Below, in pieces: positions 33,501-48,000 of a DNA stretch of 64,000 nucleotides. Below the pieces are notes generated by a model. That model did no database searches, was not told the DNA's origin, and saw nothing but the letters and a program-made list of their open reading frames with translations. The position numbers were made by a program, and so were the translations under genes. Source of the stretch: Callorhinchus milii (Eukaryota); assembly GCF_018977255.1 (NCBI RefSeq), contig NW_024704746.1, positions 4,216,001 to 4,280,000 of the forward strand, written 5' to 3'. The first letter of the stretch is position 1. Each line of letters begins with the position of its first letter.

Positions 33501-35629
33501 CCCAGCCCTGCGTTGCTGCAGGATCTCTTACATTTGTGCAGGACTCAGCAGCAACGATTCCCTGGACTCGGAGACAGGTCACTGGCTGAAAATTACCGAG
33601 TGGCAGTAACGTGGGAGAGAGGTGAGATAGCGGCACCTGATGAGAGATGTCACTGTGGGACAGGGACAATCTCGATTGATATCCCACCTCCCCCATCACA
33701 CACACACACACACACCAATCTCTCAATCTATCATATCAACAACAACAATAAATTACAGCGCCTTTCACGTCGGGAGAATGTGAAAGGCGCTGGACAGGGT
33801 AAGGATTTAGACTAGACTCAAGCAAGGAGTTGGGATAAGAGAGCAGGAGGGTGGGAGGCAAGGGAAGGGAGCAAGACGAAGGGTCTGTGGGTTAGAGCTC
33901 CAAAGGTCAGAAAGTGAGCAATTGCATTTGTTCGTTGAAATACTGTATGATCCTCTTGCAGGATATATTTGCAACAGTCTGACTGTCAGCACTGTACTGT
34001 GCCCAGCATGCTCCGTGTCAGCACATGTACATGGGAATGTGCAGGACAGGCTCTGCCGTGGGTTTGTGCTGAACATGTTGTTTTACAGAGACGGACCTGT
34101 TCCAGGTACGGGGTGTGAATGGAATCCTCTTGAACAGCACACGCCCATTGCCAGCGATGGCGGCCAAAGAGGAGGTGATGGACACTGAGGGCCATTTGCT
34201 CCCATCCTTCTACCCCATCGCCCCCACTATTGATCTGCAGCAAATACACGTCTACCAGGAGCCCAACGACACAGGTCAGGTCTTTGTCTCACTGTAATCA
34301 CTGGCTCGGGTTATTCTGAGGGGTGGGGGGATGTCATAATAAATCATGTGAAGCACTATGAGATGTCCTCCAAAAAGAGGTGGTGGGAGAGGGTTTGCTC
34401 AGGGTGATTTGGATGGAGTGGCAGTGGCATCAGTAGCACACGAAGGGAGCGTGTGTGCAGTGATATTCAGTTTGGGGAGGTGAAGGCTGCGGTTTTGTTC
34501 CGTTGAGCTATTTCAGGATGGGCCTGTATATTTTTGTTTTGGGGGTGGGGAGGGTGGAGAAATTGAAGCAAGGGTGTGTTCAGTGTATCTAATCCCTCCC
34601 TGTACATGTGCAGGTTTCCGAGCTGGGTACCCGTACCCTCACGCACACACGCTCTATATTGACAACTCCTCTATCACCATCATGCGCTTCAAGCCAGAGG
34701 CTCTGAGAGCCAAGATGATCATGTTCGCGTTTGCCAATGCGCTGGCCAGGGCCAAGCTTGTGTACGGGGTAAGTGTGTATGTGTAGGTATGTGGGGGGGG
34801 CAGGTGTGTACGGGGTGGAGGAGGTGGGGGTAAGGTGGGAGCAAGGTGTGTGTAATAAGTGGAATTCAATTTCCCTGAATTTTTTAACCTCAAAATTGCT
34901 AGAATTTACTAAATATTCCAGTTTAATGGGTTTCTCCAGGCTTTACCCTCTCTCTCACTCTCTCTTTCTCTCAGGAGGAGCCCAGGGTTTTGGATGAACC
35001 CATTACAGTGCAGAGTGTGGCCAGCAATGGAAGAGTTTTCCAGTTCCTAGTTTTCCAGCTGAACACAACAGATCTACAGCCCGACCAGGGTGTAAAGAAT
35101 CTGGTTTGGCTGGACAGTGATCAGCTGCTGTATGACTATGCCAAGTGCCGGCCGGAAATCCGCAAAAAAGTGGTGCAGGTGAGTGAGGACACTAGTTAAA
35201 CTAACCTAGTGGTACAAATTAATCAGTTAAGGGCAAAGAACTGGTTTTAAGAAGAATTTCAGCAAAGGCATGAGGCAATGTGAATGACTTAGTAATCTTG
35301 AGATATCAGGTGTTCTCCCCGTGTATGTGTGTGTAAGTGTCTGCACCAGTGCTGAGGGAGGTTGGGGGTGTTGGGGGCTGGAGTATTCACTACTGAGGCA
35401 TTAGATGATGTGAACGTCTGTGTGTGTGTGTGTGTATATATATATATAAAGACAGCGACTGCACCAGTGCTGGGGGTGCTGGAGCATTCACTACTGAGGT
35501 ATTCACTGCTGAGAAGTGCTGTGGTGCTCACTTCCAGCTTGTTCTGTGCAGGTCCCCGTAGGGCTGTCTGGTTACCGCCCGGAGACGTTTAACAAGTTCC
35601 TGGCACTGTACCTCCACGGAGCAGTGTAA
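30516..35629 (+). CDS. MRPL37: Mitochondrial large ribosomal subunit protein mL37 (~402 aa, 7 exons)
   Basis: Exons 30516-30801 (Arg-rich presequence; [16 protein letters not shown]), 31996-32179 ([10 protein letters not shown]), 33506-33621, 34089-34274, 34614-34768 ([18 protein letters not shown]), 34975-35178 ([18 protein letters not shown]), 35552-35629 ([11 protein letters not shown]). An in-frame upstream ATG also exists at 30477. Confidence 0.96.
31270..31822 (+). mobile_element. CR1-clade LINE 3' fragment
   Basis: CR1 ORF2 end ([25 protein letters not shown]) and 3' UTR GATCAGCCATGATCTT..GGCCTACTCCTGCTCCT. Confidence 0.8.
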
Positions 35630-38600
35630 ATCAACGACCTGCCTCACGGACCGGATCCAGGGACAGCGAGTGGGACATGGGCTTGTGACAGACTGCTCGG
35701 GACTGCTGATAATTATTCATTGTAAGATGGAGATTTGTAGCCTATTTATCTGTACATAAGGTGCCCTCTAATTAAATGTTTATTACACATTCTGGAGTTT
35801 ATTTGTTGGTTCAGGGAAAAAAGCCTCTACTTGAAATTATTGTAGAGTGTAAGAAGTTTATAGCACAGAAGCCCCATTGTGTCCGGCTAATAAGATGCTA
35901 GAATACATTGTCTCTATGAGTTTCAGCGAGTCAGTGGCTGCACTCATCAGTCTGTGTTTTATCCCTGGATACTTCACCCTCAGATACACTCTCTCTCTCG
36001 TCAGTGATCTCACACAAGTGTGTCTGTACCACACTTCTCTGACTTTATAGCTTTATAAAATCTCTTGGATTTTACAAAATAATGTATGTTTATACAGCAC
36101 CTTTCTCATCGGGAGGACACCTCAAAAGCACTTCACAATACTGGCTGGGCTGGGAGCGAGAGGGGAGAGATGGCTGAAAACAGCACATTTTGAAACAACA
36201 ACTTCCATTCATATAGTGCCCCTCTTCACAGAGCGTCTCACTCGCTCAAACACAAATACACAACATTCACACATATAGCCCAGCTACTGTTGAGGACTAA
36301 GCTCGAGGCACACAGACAGACATAGAAAATACTAATCCCTCAATTCACTGTAATAACTACAGATTTAAACGGCTAAAATTACTTGAACAAAGTGCTTCAG
36401 ACATCTGCTCCTCAGTGTTGGTCGATTTATGTCAAGAATTCACTGTCAAACCTCATTTACCTTCAAAAGGCAGATCACGGTGAGTAGCAGAGAGGCGAGG
36501 AGAGCTAAAGAGCATTACTTACAGGATGGGAGTGAGAGACGTCTAAAATGTCAGACATCACGTTCAACCACTTGCTCTCTACGCTGACACTTAAAAGGAA
36601 ATGTGGCATAAGAGTTAAGAGATAACAGCCCTACGTTCCTGAGCCACAGCAGTCATGCTGTATTCAAGCAGCTTTGTTCCTGCTTAAAGCAATATTCAAA
36701 GAGCAAATTTAATCATTTAATGCACTTAAATTTATCCAACTAAAGTAGGTTACCAGAGGCCACATGAAAAGGTCTGTACTGGAAAATAACCCCTTTACTC
36801 AGAGCCAGGAGACTGAAGGGATGGGTTCGGGGAAAAGTTATCACGTGGATTCCTCATAATCCAGAGCTTTCCAGGTCTGAGTGACTAGAGGCTAGCACCA
36901 TCAACATTTAAAAGGGAATTGGACATTTATCTGAAGAGGACAAATATTTAAAGGTTAAAGGGAAAGAGCAGGGAATGACTGGAAGCAGGGACCGTAAATC
37001 CTTTAAGGAGGGAATTGGAAGCTTGAAAAAACAGGAAGATTGAAATGTGTGAGGTTGCTGGGATTGGTGGGGGGGGGGGGGGGGGGGTTAAACTCAGCAG
37101 GTCATGTGGAAACAGCAACACAAGATTAAATGGGGAAAATGTCCCATTTCTGGATAGTAGGATTCGTATGATTCTATGCATTTGGATTGGAAATAGTTAC
37201 TCTGGGGGCCTGGGAAGAGGAAGCTAGCACCAGGACGGGATCAATTGGCCTCTTCTTGTGCTCTCTCTGATTCAATCATATAATAGAATCTTAGAATTAT
37301 ACAGCACAGGAGGAGGCCATTTGGCCCATCATGTCTGTGCCGGCTTTTTGAAAAGAGCTACCCAAATCAATCCCATTCCCCCACTCTCGCCCCATAGCCC
37401 TGCAAACCTGTCCTCCCCAAATAATTATCTTTTATATATGTGGTTAAATCACCTCCTGAGAAAACTAACGTCCCTTCATACACTTACACGCACTTGTGTC
37501 CACCCCGGAAACAGCACCAAGGACACACACAGACACCCATCTCCTCCCACCCCACCATGTTGGGGCTTAAACCTTGAACTCAATAGTCTAAGATGAAGAT
37601 CCGAAGCAGTGCTGGGGTCCTTTCCGCCTGTTCAGGTGGACATTAAAGTTCCCATGGCACGATTGGAAAAGAGAAGGGAGTTTCTCTCCTGGTGTCCAGG
37701 CTGACAATCCGCCAAATAAAATTGGTCACTCGGTGCACGACTGTTTGTGGGACATTTCTGTGCGCAATTGGCTGCCGCGTTTGCTCACAAAATGCACAGT
37801 CAAACCGCCTTATGAAGAGTTTGAGACATCTCAACGATGTGATCAGGCGCTGTATGAAATGCATGAATTATTGATATTATTTTGCACAACAGCCTCTTAA
37901 ATATGAACAAAACATTTACTTACCAGAGTTAATATTGTGTCAAACTCGTCTGAAGACAGCAAGTTGGAAGCTGCAGGTTACAGGAGTTACTGGCAGTGAA
38001 AGGAGTTGGAGCTATTTAAACCGACGGACAAAAGTATCACATAATGAGCAGACTGGCACAACATTAAAGCACACCAATTTAAGTATAATATCCTACATTA
38101 CTTTAGAATCACTAACCAGAGGTCAGGGACAGGAAGAGGCCACATGCCCCAGCTACTACCCCCAAACTACTAAACCTCATCCCGGAATCCTGGTGACAGC
38201 ACATTCCTTTAAATTGTAATCATCCTTACATTTGATATGGCAATTTATCATTGGTGAGATGTCTCAAAGCGCTTCACAGTACATATTGTAAAGTGGATTG
38301 ACGATGTATTTCATGGGAGAAACATGGCAGCCAATCGTCCACAGCAGTATTCTACACACAGTCGTGGGGATTTAGTGACCAATTTTTTTTGAATGGATTA
38401 TTATTCCCGGAAAGCGATCTGCCAAGTGACTAAGAACCGGGTTCTTACTCACTGCTAGGTAAACAGACAACAACAAAATGACATTTGTAAAGTGCCTTTC
38501 ACGTCAGTAGGACGTCCCAAGGTGCTGAACAGTCGGGGATCAGGACCCGAGCGTGGTGGGGGGGGCAGGGTGCGGAGTAAGAAAACTAGTCCAGGAACCG

Positions 38601-39449
38601 AAACCCAGGTCTTCTCACTATATGAGGCAAATGCCCTGACCACTACACTACTGGGACTTCACTAACTTCTTTCACCTTGCTCTTTTCGCCTTTCCTTTAC
38701 TAAAGGTGAATATCAGCTCAGGTGAGGGCAGTATTAGAGCTTAAGAGATGGATGAAACTCGCTGTCTGGGGTCCCACATGAAGACGACTCAGTGTAAGCA
38801 AGGTGTAAGTTAGGTGCCCGTTGAACCCTCAGGAAGAAGACAATTTATAGGGAGCAAATGATCGAGTTATACCTCAGTAACAAGTTTCGGTGCATTTCCC
38901 GATATACCGATACTCTCAGTCACACCGTCCTGTCATAAGGTCCCAAGCCATGCTCCAGCTCTCCCTTTCCTCACCCACATCCGTCTCTCTCCCAGTCTGT
39001 CCACACGTTCCCTGTATTCACCCGGCATTCCAGCTGTCTCTCTCGTTGCTGTGGCCGGAGATTGACCAACCACCTAACAATCACTTTCTCCCAATTTCTG
39101 CACTGTTTCTTTTATCGCTGGCCGAATCTACAACTTTCTTTCCCTTTAGATCATGCACCCTCCCCAGGCGGAATGCTCAATCTCCTGACTAAAACAGATT
39201 TCTCGCTCTCTCTCACCACATAGACTCCTGCACAGTGTGGAGCATCTCAGCTCTGTTCCCAACAAGTGACCGTGTGTTATCTCAGCCCTCTACACAGTGA
39301 GTGACTGTGTGCGATAGCTCAGCCGTGTACACAGTGAGTGACTGCACACAGACACTAGCCCAGGAATCCAGGGTGACATTGAGTCATCTTAAAAGAAACT
39401 TCTAAAGTGACAAAGTCCAACCGGCCGGCAATGGCTGTGTTTTGTGTTT

Positions 39450-40775
39450 ACATTTATTACAGCGTTGGGAGAAAAGAACCGTTTCATTCAAAACTATCCC
39501 CGATGAAGACAATAATTCAGCGAATTTTAAAATCACATCCGCCAGATTCTCTTTTTTTTTAAAATCCATGTTTCCTGGAGACCAAATTCAGCAGCAAAAT
39601 GACACCGGCTGCTTTCACCGCAACTGCAGATGGGCGATTCCTGTAACCCTTTCAGCCACTTCACAGCTGAACAGTTAAAAATTATTTTAAACACATCTAA
39701 AACACAATCTGTTTAGAATGGTCCTTCTATTGACCCCAACCTGTTCCCCACCCCCACCCTCCCCCCAACCCAAAAGTATAATATCCCAGAATCTGCAGTC
39801 AGTACAAGAAAAACACAGTTGACGTTCCGGATACGGTCCAGGGTCAGAAAAACATCCCTGAACAAAACAAACAAATATTGAAGACAAAAGTACAGTGTAG
39901 GAGTTTCTCATTTGTAACCAGACTACAGGTAAGAAACACAGAACGGCTGCAATGTGTTTGAGAATCAGCACAAGGCAATATTTTACAATAACTGGACACA
40001 TTGTACAGAGGTGCGCTCAAACAAAGACAGTCTTTGCAGGTAGTGTATGTACTGTACAGAGACCCAGACCTGCCACTAGGCAGTGCCACTGCACCGCTGC
40101 TGCTCTGCAGATCGGAAGCTGCCTGTTTTTTGTAACGAGGGCCGAGGCCGGCCGGCTGTTGGGAGCGAGCCGCGATGGACGTTAGATACAGAGGAAATGC
40201 AGCCACTCTAGGTCCAAGGTGCGTGTGTGGGGGGGNAAGAAGGGAGAGGGTAGGTATGGAGTCTTCAGGCCGGAGATTGGCCCATCAGTGCCGAGCCCTC
40301 AGGGAATGATAGATGGGGAAAAAGTCTCAAAGAAGCAACAGGGGAAGGGGGAGAAATTGGTACTAACACAAAAAAAAGGCTTGAAAAGTAACACCGAGGT
40401 GTAAATATCCCAGATTAAATGGCGATAATAGCACAAGGTTGGATCTTCCAGCAAGTAGCATCTTCAGCTCAGTTCCAAGGGTTCAGAGGATGAAGCGAGG
40501 TCAGTATCCATCATCTCCTCAAAGAGACAATGTGTCCACACACACACGCACACATACGCACGCACACTCCCTCCGGGAAAGGGCTCCACGTACGTCTCAA
40601 ATCATTTTGTCCTTCATGTTTATGGAATAAAAGTTCGGCCTTTTTGCTTTGTGCATGAAATTAAAATTGGGGATTTGCCCCCAGTTCCTCGTCAACGCGC
40701 TTGGCCGCTTCCTGTATTCGCTCCTTAATCTTCCAAATGGCAGCCGGCTCGCTCTGGTCCTGGGGAGGGGAAAAA
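39450..40775 (-). other. SSBP3 3' UTR (putative)
   Basis: Repeat-free stretch downstream of the stop at 40776. AATAAA on the minus strand (TTTATT ~39453). Confidence 0.55.
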
Positions 40776-43700
40776 TCACACGCTCATCGTCATGCTGGGA
40801 GAGTACTGCAAGAGAGCAACACAGGGTTACAGGCTGGAACCTCCGCTCTACATACACACATCTACATTCAACCCCACACCTTAGTCATCACGAAGAGCTT
40901 TACACGAGAAGCCCGACCACCATTCTTACATTTGACGCATGTTAATTTAATAATAATTCTTGTCTTTGATATAGTGCCTTATCACGTTAATGAGACGTCT
41001 CAAAGCGCTTCACAGAATATAGTGTAAAGTATAGTGTATATTTTGTGGGTGAAACGCGTACTATGTAGACTGTTAGCCTGTGTATGTCAATACTGAATGT
41101 ACATGTTGCTGAATGCGTCTGTACTCTGGATGTACATAATTGAATGTATTCTATACGGGTGTATGTACTCTACATGGATGTACATGTTTGCGCACTGGGT
41201 CAATGTATTCTACACTGGATGTATGTATTCTACACTGAATGTGCACACTTTATCATGTGTCTGGGTTTAACACTCACATTGTCGTTCTGGAAAGAATGCA
41301 GGAAGCTGCCCCCCAGCTCCCCGTCCCCCCGCGGGGTCCCGGGTGCGTTACTAATGTTGCTCATGTTGTTTGGAGAGTTCTAGAAATGTAAGAAATTCAA
41401 CTTTAATAATAAATCGTATTAACGTTTCCTCAAACACTATAAACATTCTCAGGATAGAAAGCAGAACAGGCAAGAGATCTAACCCCCATCTCTCTCTCAC
41501 TCTCTCACACACACACTCTAGCCACAGATTAATCTCTTCCCCGCCCCCAGGCTTTCAGGGGAGGGTTACTGTTGGCTGCTCACAGAGACAAGTTTGCCTT
41601 GCACCCTGGCTCCCAGCTGTAGCAGATAGATCAGCAATTACCCACACAGCGAGTTAGACAGTAATACCAGCTTCCTACCTTCGGGATCCCGTCCATATCT
41701 CCCGACCCTGAGGCAACAAAAAATATATTTACACCAGGTGATGAGCCTCACACACACTCACCTCTATAGTCACTCACTGTGTCTGACGCACTCACCTCTA
41801 GCGTGTCACTGTCTCTCACACACACTCAACAACAACATTACATTTGTAGAGCGCCTTTCACGTCGGGAGGACACCCCATGGAGTTCCAGAGTGTGGGGGC
41901 AGAGAGGCTAAAAGCCTGGCTACCAATGGTAGGGCGGGTCGGGCAGGAGACATGGAGCAGACCGGAGCCCACTGAACGCGGAGGGAGCGGGCAGGTTGGT
42001 AGGGAGTCAGCAGGTCAGAGAGGTAGGAGGGGGCAAGGCCATGGATGGCCTTGAAAGTGAGGATGAGGATCTTGAACTCGATCGTCTGGGGGATGGGGAG
42101 CCAGTGGAGTCGGGCGAGGGTGGGAGTGATGGGGTCGCAGAGCCTGGTGCCCGAGAGTACATGAGCTGCAGAGTTTTGCATGATCTACTCACCTCTATAG
42201 TCAGTCACACAGTCTCACACTCATCTCCAGTCAGTCACTGTCTCACACACACTTATCTCTATAGTCGATCACTGAGTCTCACACCCACACTTGCCTCTGT
42301 ATTCACTCACTCAGTCTCTCTCTCTCACACACACACACACTTATCTCTATAGTCCGTCACTGTCTCACACATGCTCACCTCTACAATCAGTCACTCAGTC
42401 TCTCACACACACTCGCCTCTCTAGCTGGGACTCACCTAATGATCCATTCATGTGATGCGCTTCAATTCCTCCCATTCCCCCCATCGGACCATCGGAGCCA
42501 GGTCCCAGCGGGAACTGGAGAGGGAAATAGGAGGGAGCAAGAAATCACAGGGTTAGCACGTGACAGGGACAGCAAAACCCCTTACTCAAGGCCAGCCCAC
42601 ACGTAAGATGTGAGGCGGAGAGATATCGCAGAGAGGCTGGTAACTGGCCCTCTCACCAGACCGGGAGATTGTCAGGGAATGGGATCAAGGAGCTGGAAAG
42701 ACTCTGAAGATGTAAATAGGGGAGAAAAAACATTTCCTTCAGATAGCAAATGATGACTGGACACTTAACCTAGACTCAGGATTATTAGCAGGAAAATGGG
42801 GGCAAGAGTTGGAAGGAATTGCTGGGATCTCATTCCCACAGGTGAGGATGGATCAATAGAATCATTTGAGAGCAAACCTGAGCAGTAACATATTCAGGGA
42901 GAGCTGGAAGGTTCAGATTAATAGAGAAAATGAGCAACTTGGGAACATGGGAAAACAGGAACAGGAGGACATTCAGCCCATCAAGTCTGTTCCACCGGTG
43001 TATTAGCTCTTTGAATTCTAACGCAACGCCCTTTCACCACAGAGAATATAGGACAACGGGGAGCAGCTGCAGAGGCTGGCCTGCTGCGCCAGATGTTCAG
43101 GATTGTTAAAGCTGTGCTTCCATCTCTCAGTTTTGCAGCATCGACAAATGACTTTTATAAAGCACCTTTCATGTCGGGAGGATGCCCAAGGCACTGGACG
43201 CGGGGATTTGAACAAGTGAGGAATGGCGAGGGCAGTTCTGGGCCAGGGCCTCATCTGTACAGTCCAAGGAGTCAATGCCGCCTGGACACACAACTCACAT
43301 TTGAGCGGCTGCCGCCAGGAGGCGCAGGGTTAATCATCGTGTACATGGTCTCGCTGGAGTTCGTTGAATCTGTTGTGTGTAAGAGAGGTAAGATTCAGCG
43401 TGAGGGACAGAGAGCTCGGACTACATGTGTGGCACATACCAGCGCACAACACGCCAGCTACACACCAAAAGCTCGCTGAGCCTCGTTCACTAGCGACAGA
43501 TGCCACAACCAAAACCAGGATCTGGTCAGCGATACACTGGCTGCATCAGCAAACAGCAGTAACCAGAGTCGCCAGCAAACACAGGCTTAACCCAAACAAG
43601 TAACCAAGTCTCCCAGACAATGGTCGAGACGCAGCTTGTGCCCTGCACAGTTCACCGCGACCAGAAGACAGAATGAGTGAGAGTGTGCGCTGACTAAGAG

Positions 43701-44871
43701 ACTTATTGACTAAACAGAGAAAAAGGACAGATTTTTATAGCTGATTAGTGAGCGGCTGGTTAGGATGTGTCAGTGCTGCGGTTGGGCTCAGGGCTGTTAC
43801 TCTGTACCTGCTGGACTTGGCATGATGGGCGTTCCTGGGGGTCCTCCTCCACCTGCAGGGCCCTAAGGAGAGAACACACACCCTGAGCAATGCTGCCAAA
43901 GATGACTCCTCCACCACACACCGCTCACAACTCTGACCAGCTCCCAGGTGTAACACACACACCGACAACCAACTGCATTAATAGAGCACCTTCACTCAGG
44001 GTAGCGCCTCGGAGCGCTTAGTCACACAGTTACGTACCCCGTATGAACCAGGTGAAGACGACGAATATGGAATCTGTAAATCAAAACATTCCTCAGGTCA
44101 GAGATATGTGGAGGTTTCTAGGTAATTACTGGGCTCAGACCCTGGAACACAATACACCCAGTGAGAGTAATGGGTTAATCTCCTCACAAAGCCTGTTACC
44201 CCCTCATATGCATAGCCCCCAACTGTAACACATAGTCAACCATTTCACACATCAAACCAAACAGTTTGCCCTCACCCCTTCAAACAGACTCCCCCCTAGA
44301 ACTAACATCCCAAGCTTGGCTGGGAATGACATGCACACACGCACTCTCACACACAGGGACGCAGTGATGGGCCGCTCACTGCTATGCTGAAGGAAGCAGG
44401 GAAGCACGCACACGCATAGACAGGTTGGAGTGAGTTGAGGATAGTCACTTACTGAGTTAGCGTTGGAATGGTTGGGCCATTGCCGGCCTGCTCCGGGGCC
44501 CCTGAAACAGACAGCAATAAACCATTTACATTCTCACAGACTCCCTTCAGTGATGCGGTGAAAGTTACAACAGGCTCCAGCCCTAGGGTCACACTGTGTT
44601 GCTAACAGGGGAGTAAATACAGGAGAAAAACACAGACACATGAGCAGAATGAGTGAATAATCAGGCAGAATACTGGTCAGGAGAATTCAAGTGTGGGGTG
44701 GTTGGGGGTTAGAGAGAGAGAGCGGCGTGGTGGGAGGGGCAGCAGTTTATTGCTGTTTGGCCGCAGTAACTTACATGCTCATCCCAGGCATGCCGGGGCC
44801 GATGGAGTTGGGCGGAGGCCTCATTGAACCAGTGTAGCTCTGCAACGATAACCAAGGGTCAGACTACCGTA

Positions 44872-44912
<41 letters not shown>

Positions 44913-44966
44913 GGGGGGGTTGGGGGGAAGAGAAAAGAGAAAAGGGTTAGTAAATTATTACACTGG

Positions 44967-45009
<43 letters not shown>

Positions 45010-48000
45010 CTAAGCGGCTGCTATCACCTCCGGAGAGGAGACCAGCCTCTGGTCTCCTGCGTACGAAGGGAACCCGCTCCGGTCATTGCTCCAAACAATC
45101 TGTGGTTATATACAGCAGCCTTCACATGCAACACTGAGCGCATTGTCAAGACAGGAGCGGACGCCGAGAGGGGAGCTGACCACAGGCGCAGCTGAAGAGG
45201 TAGGTGTTAAGGCAGGACTTAAAAACACAGGAGCGGGAGATGGAGGGCTTGAGGGACTTCCTGAGGTTATGGGCCATAGATTGTGAAGGCTCGGCCACCA
45301 ATGGTGCACAGGTCAAGGGGCCAAGCAGAGGAGTGGTGTCGGGAGTCACTCAGAGAGAAAGGTGGGTGTTGTGGTGTGAAGGGATTTATAGGAGAGGGCG
45401 AAGAGCTTCACAGTGACCCACTGGGAGGCAGGAGTCAGTGGTGTCCGTGGGGTGATGGATGGTGGAGTTTTGAATAAATTAAGAGCTTATGGGCAGTGAT
45501 CAGCGAGGAGAGAGTTTGCAAAGTCCAGGCGGGAGATAACGCCGGTTTAGATAAGGGTTTGGTGCGAGACAGAACTGGAGGTGGATGATATATTGGAGGT
45601 GAATAAAAGCCTTGATCAGGAACTGGATGCAAGGGAGAAAGGAGCTGAGGATCGAACCTCTTTGCGCAGACTCATTAATCATCAGGTCAGCAGCCCACAG
45701 ACACACAATGTCCTACCTGTGGTCCCATCGGCCCCATTCCCCGTGGGGGAGCACTCATTCGCTGCATTGGCCCCCCCATACCTGGGTGCCCTGTGGAGCA
45801 AGAGAAATCTAGTTACAACAACAACCTCCATTTTTATATTTATATAGCAACGTTCACAAAGACGGGGTCACAGTTGAGTGAGAGGGACAGAGGGGCAGGT
45901 GGCTGTAGGTGCATTTGAAGAGGTAGGTTATCAAGCAAAATTCAAGAGAAAGGTGATAGAACGAGTGTCCCCCAGGCTCACCTTGCTGTCGTGTGGGGTC
46001 CATCGCGTTGGTGAGTAGCTGCTGGGCTCCGGGAACAGCACCCGGAGGCTGGGGACAGACAGACAGAGGGAGAGAGAGTTAGCCAACAGTGGCAGGTCCA
46101 CACTATGCCTGAGGTTCACTGTGCGATATCTGCAGGTGGGGAGAATCCAGCTCCATGGGGTGGCCAATCTCGCTTCCTCCCTCGTCTCCTTTAAGACCCG
46201 TCTCTAGACCTTCCTCTTTGACTGCACCTTCACGCCCCCTCCTCGCCTCCCTCTCGATTCCAACCCCCAGCTCTGGTGCAAACCCTTAACTCTCCAGCAC
46301 ATTGGGGCATCCTTCTGATGTTAAAGACATTGTGTAAACGTTAATTTTGTTATTGCCCTGAAAGAATCAAAAAGGTACGAATGTTGGTAAAGAAATGAGG
46401 CTCAGGAAAAGGCTGGGGTGAGGGCGTTGAACACTCAGGACGTGACTCACCTGGCTTCCCATCCTGATGGCTGGCCTTGGGCCTCCAGCGTATCGCGGTG
46501 ACATGAAAGTCTGTAATCAAGACATTAAGTTTAATCACAATAACTAACCCTGCAGCACCAGGTCATGTATTAAACACAGGCTCTCTCTACCGGGGCAGCC
46601 TTAACCATTGGTAGCCAGACCTCCCCAACCACCCACCCCCAATACACATACGATTTGTACATTTACACAAATTGGCTGTCGTGATTTTCTCCAAGACAAA
46701 CACACAGTCACTGCGCTTTATAGTATCCTCTGAAGCACTATGAGATGTTCTCCCGATGTAGGCGCTGTATGAAATGTACATATTATTATTATATTATTAT
46801 AATCTCTAACAAGTTAAATCCTAAAATATACAGGAACAGCTTCCTCCCAACATTGCCCCAATAAACCCCAACTGTTTAATAATAACACAAGCCCCCACAG
46901 TATAGGTTGCAAAGGAAGGTGGGAAGGAAGAGAAGGAAGCGAAAAATGAAAGAAACGAGCAAGCAAGCGAGCAAAAGAATCAACAAGTGAGAAAGAAGAA
47001 ATTAACAAACGAAAAAGAATGAAAGAGAGTGAACGAGAACAAGAAGGAAAGTGTGAACAAGAGGACGAACGAACGAGAAGTGGATAGAATTGATGGTCTG
47101 AACCCCAGGCTGGTCTTAACATAGCCAGTCGGGTGGGGGGGGTCAGGCTCAGCTGTGATACTCTCTGCAGTTCAGTGGTCCCTTGGGTGGGTGACGACAG
47201 GACAACCATAGATATGGAACTGGATCCCAGAGTAGGGAGGCTGGGAGCCAGGATAGAGATTTCACTGTATTGTGTTTAAAAACCCTGGCTTGACTTGGTG
47301 AGACTTAAGATATCATCAGCCTGTGGCACAGCAAGTACATGGTGTAATACAGCGCGCGTGGTTAACTCAGTGCAATGTTCTCAATACTAAACTATTGGCT
47401 GTCACTTGCCCCTCTCTGCTCTCCGGTGCCAGCCTCCGCCAAGGAAGTGAGGAGGCCACCATCTCCAGGTCAGTCACACCTGGCATAGCACACGTGGCAG
47501 AACTATAATCACTGCACATTCGCTAACACGGTGAGGAGGAGAAATGGCTGAACAGTGGGCACTCCGTCTTAGCTCAGCTACATCCACAATCTGGGGTGAG
47601 TGGGTAAGCTTCCTACAGGCAGGATGGGCTGCGGTGATGGTGTAATATGGTGGTGCTCTGAAATCCCCCCCCACGTGAGGCTAATCCAATTTACTGTAGG
47701 CTTCACTACACATTTGCCAACTTCCTTCAAACCCTCCCCAGATCTGGGAACATCCCAATAGGAAGGGTCACCAATTGGAAAAGGAAAGTCGCGCTTCCCA
47801 AGTTAGTCCCAGCCCACGTTCCGCGCTCCCCCTCCCCACCCCGTTACCTGACTGTGGGGTCCCATCATGTTGTTAGGGTTGTGAGGAGGCTGTGCGTGAG
47901 GCGAGGGCTGAGACCCTGGGGGACCCTGCGAGAGGTTAGAGAGCAAGTTACACCTTCAGAGCACACATGGGACACAGCCAGCTAGCCCAGCCAGCCTGCC

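Noticed and set aside
40230-40240. Single N base after a G-run in the SSBP3 3' UTR
   Set aside because: Assembly ambiguity, not biology. It does warn that homopolymer lengths elsewhere may be unreliable.
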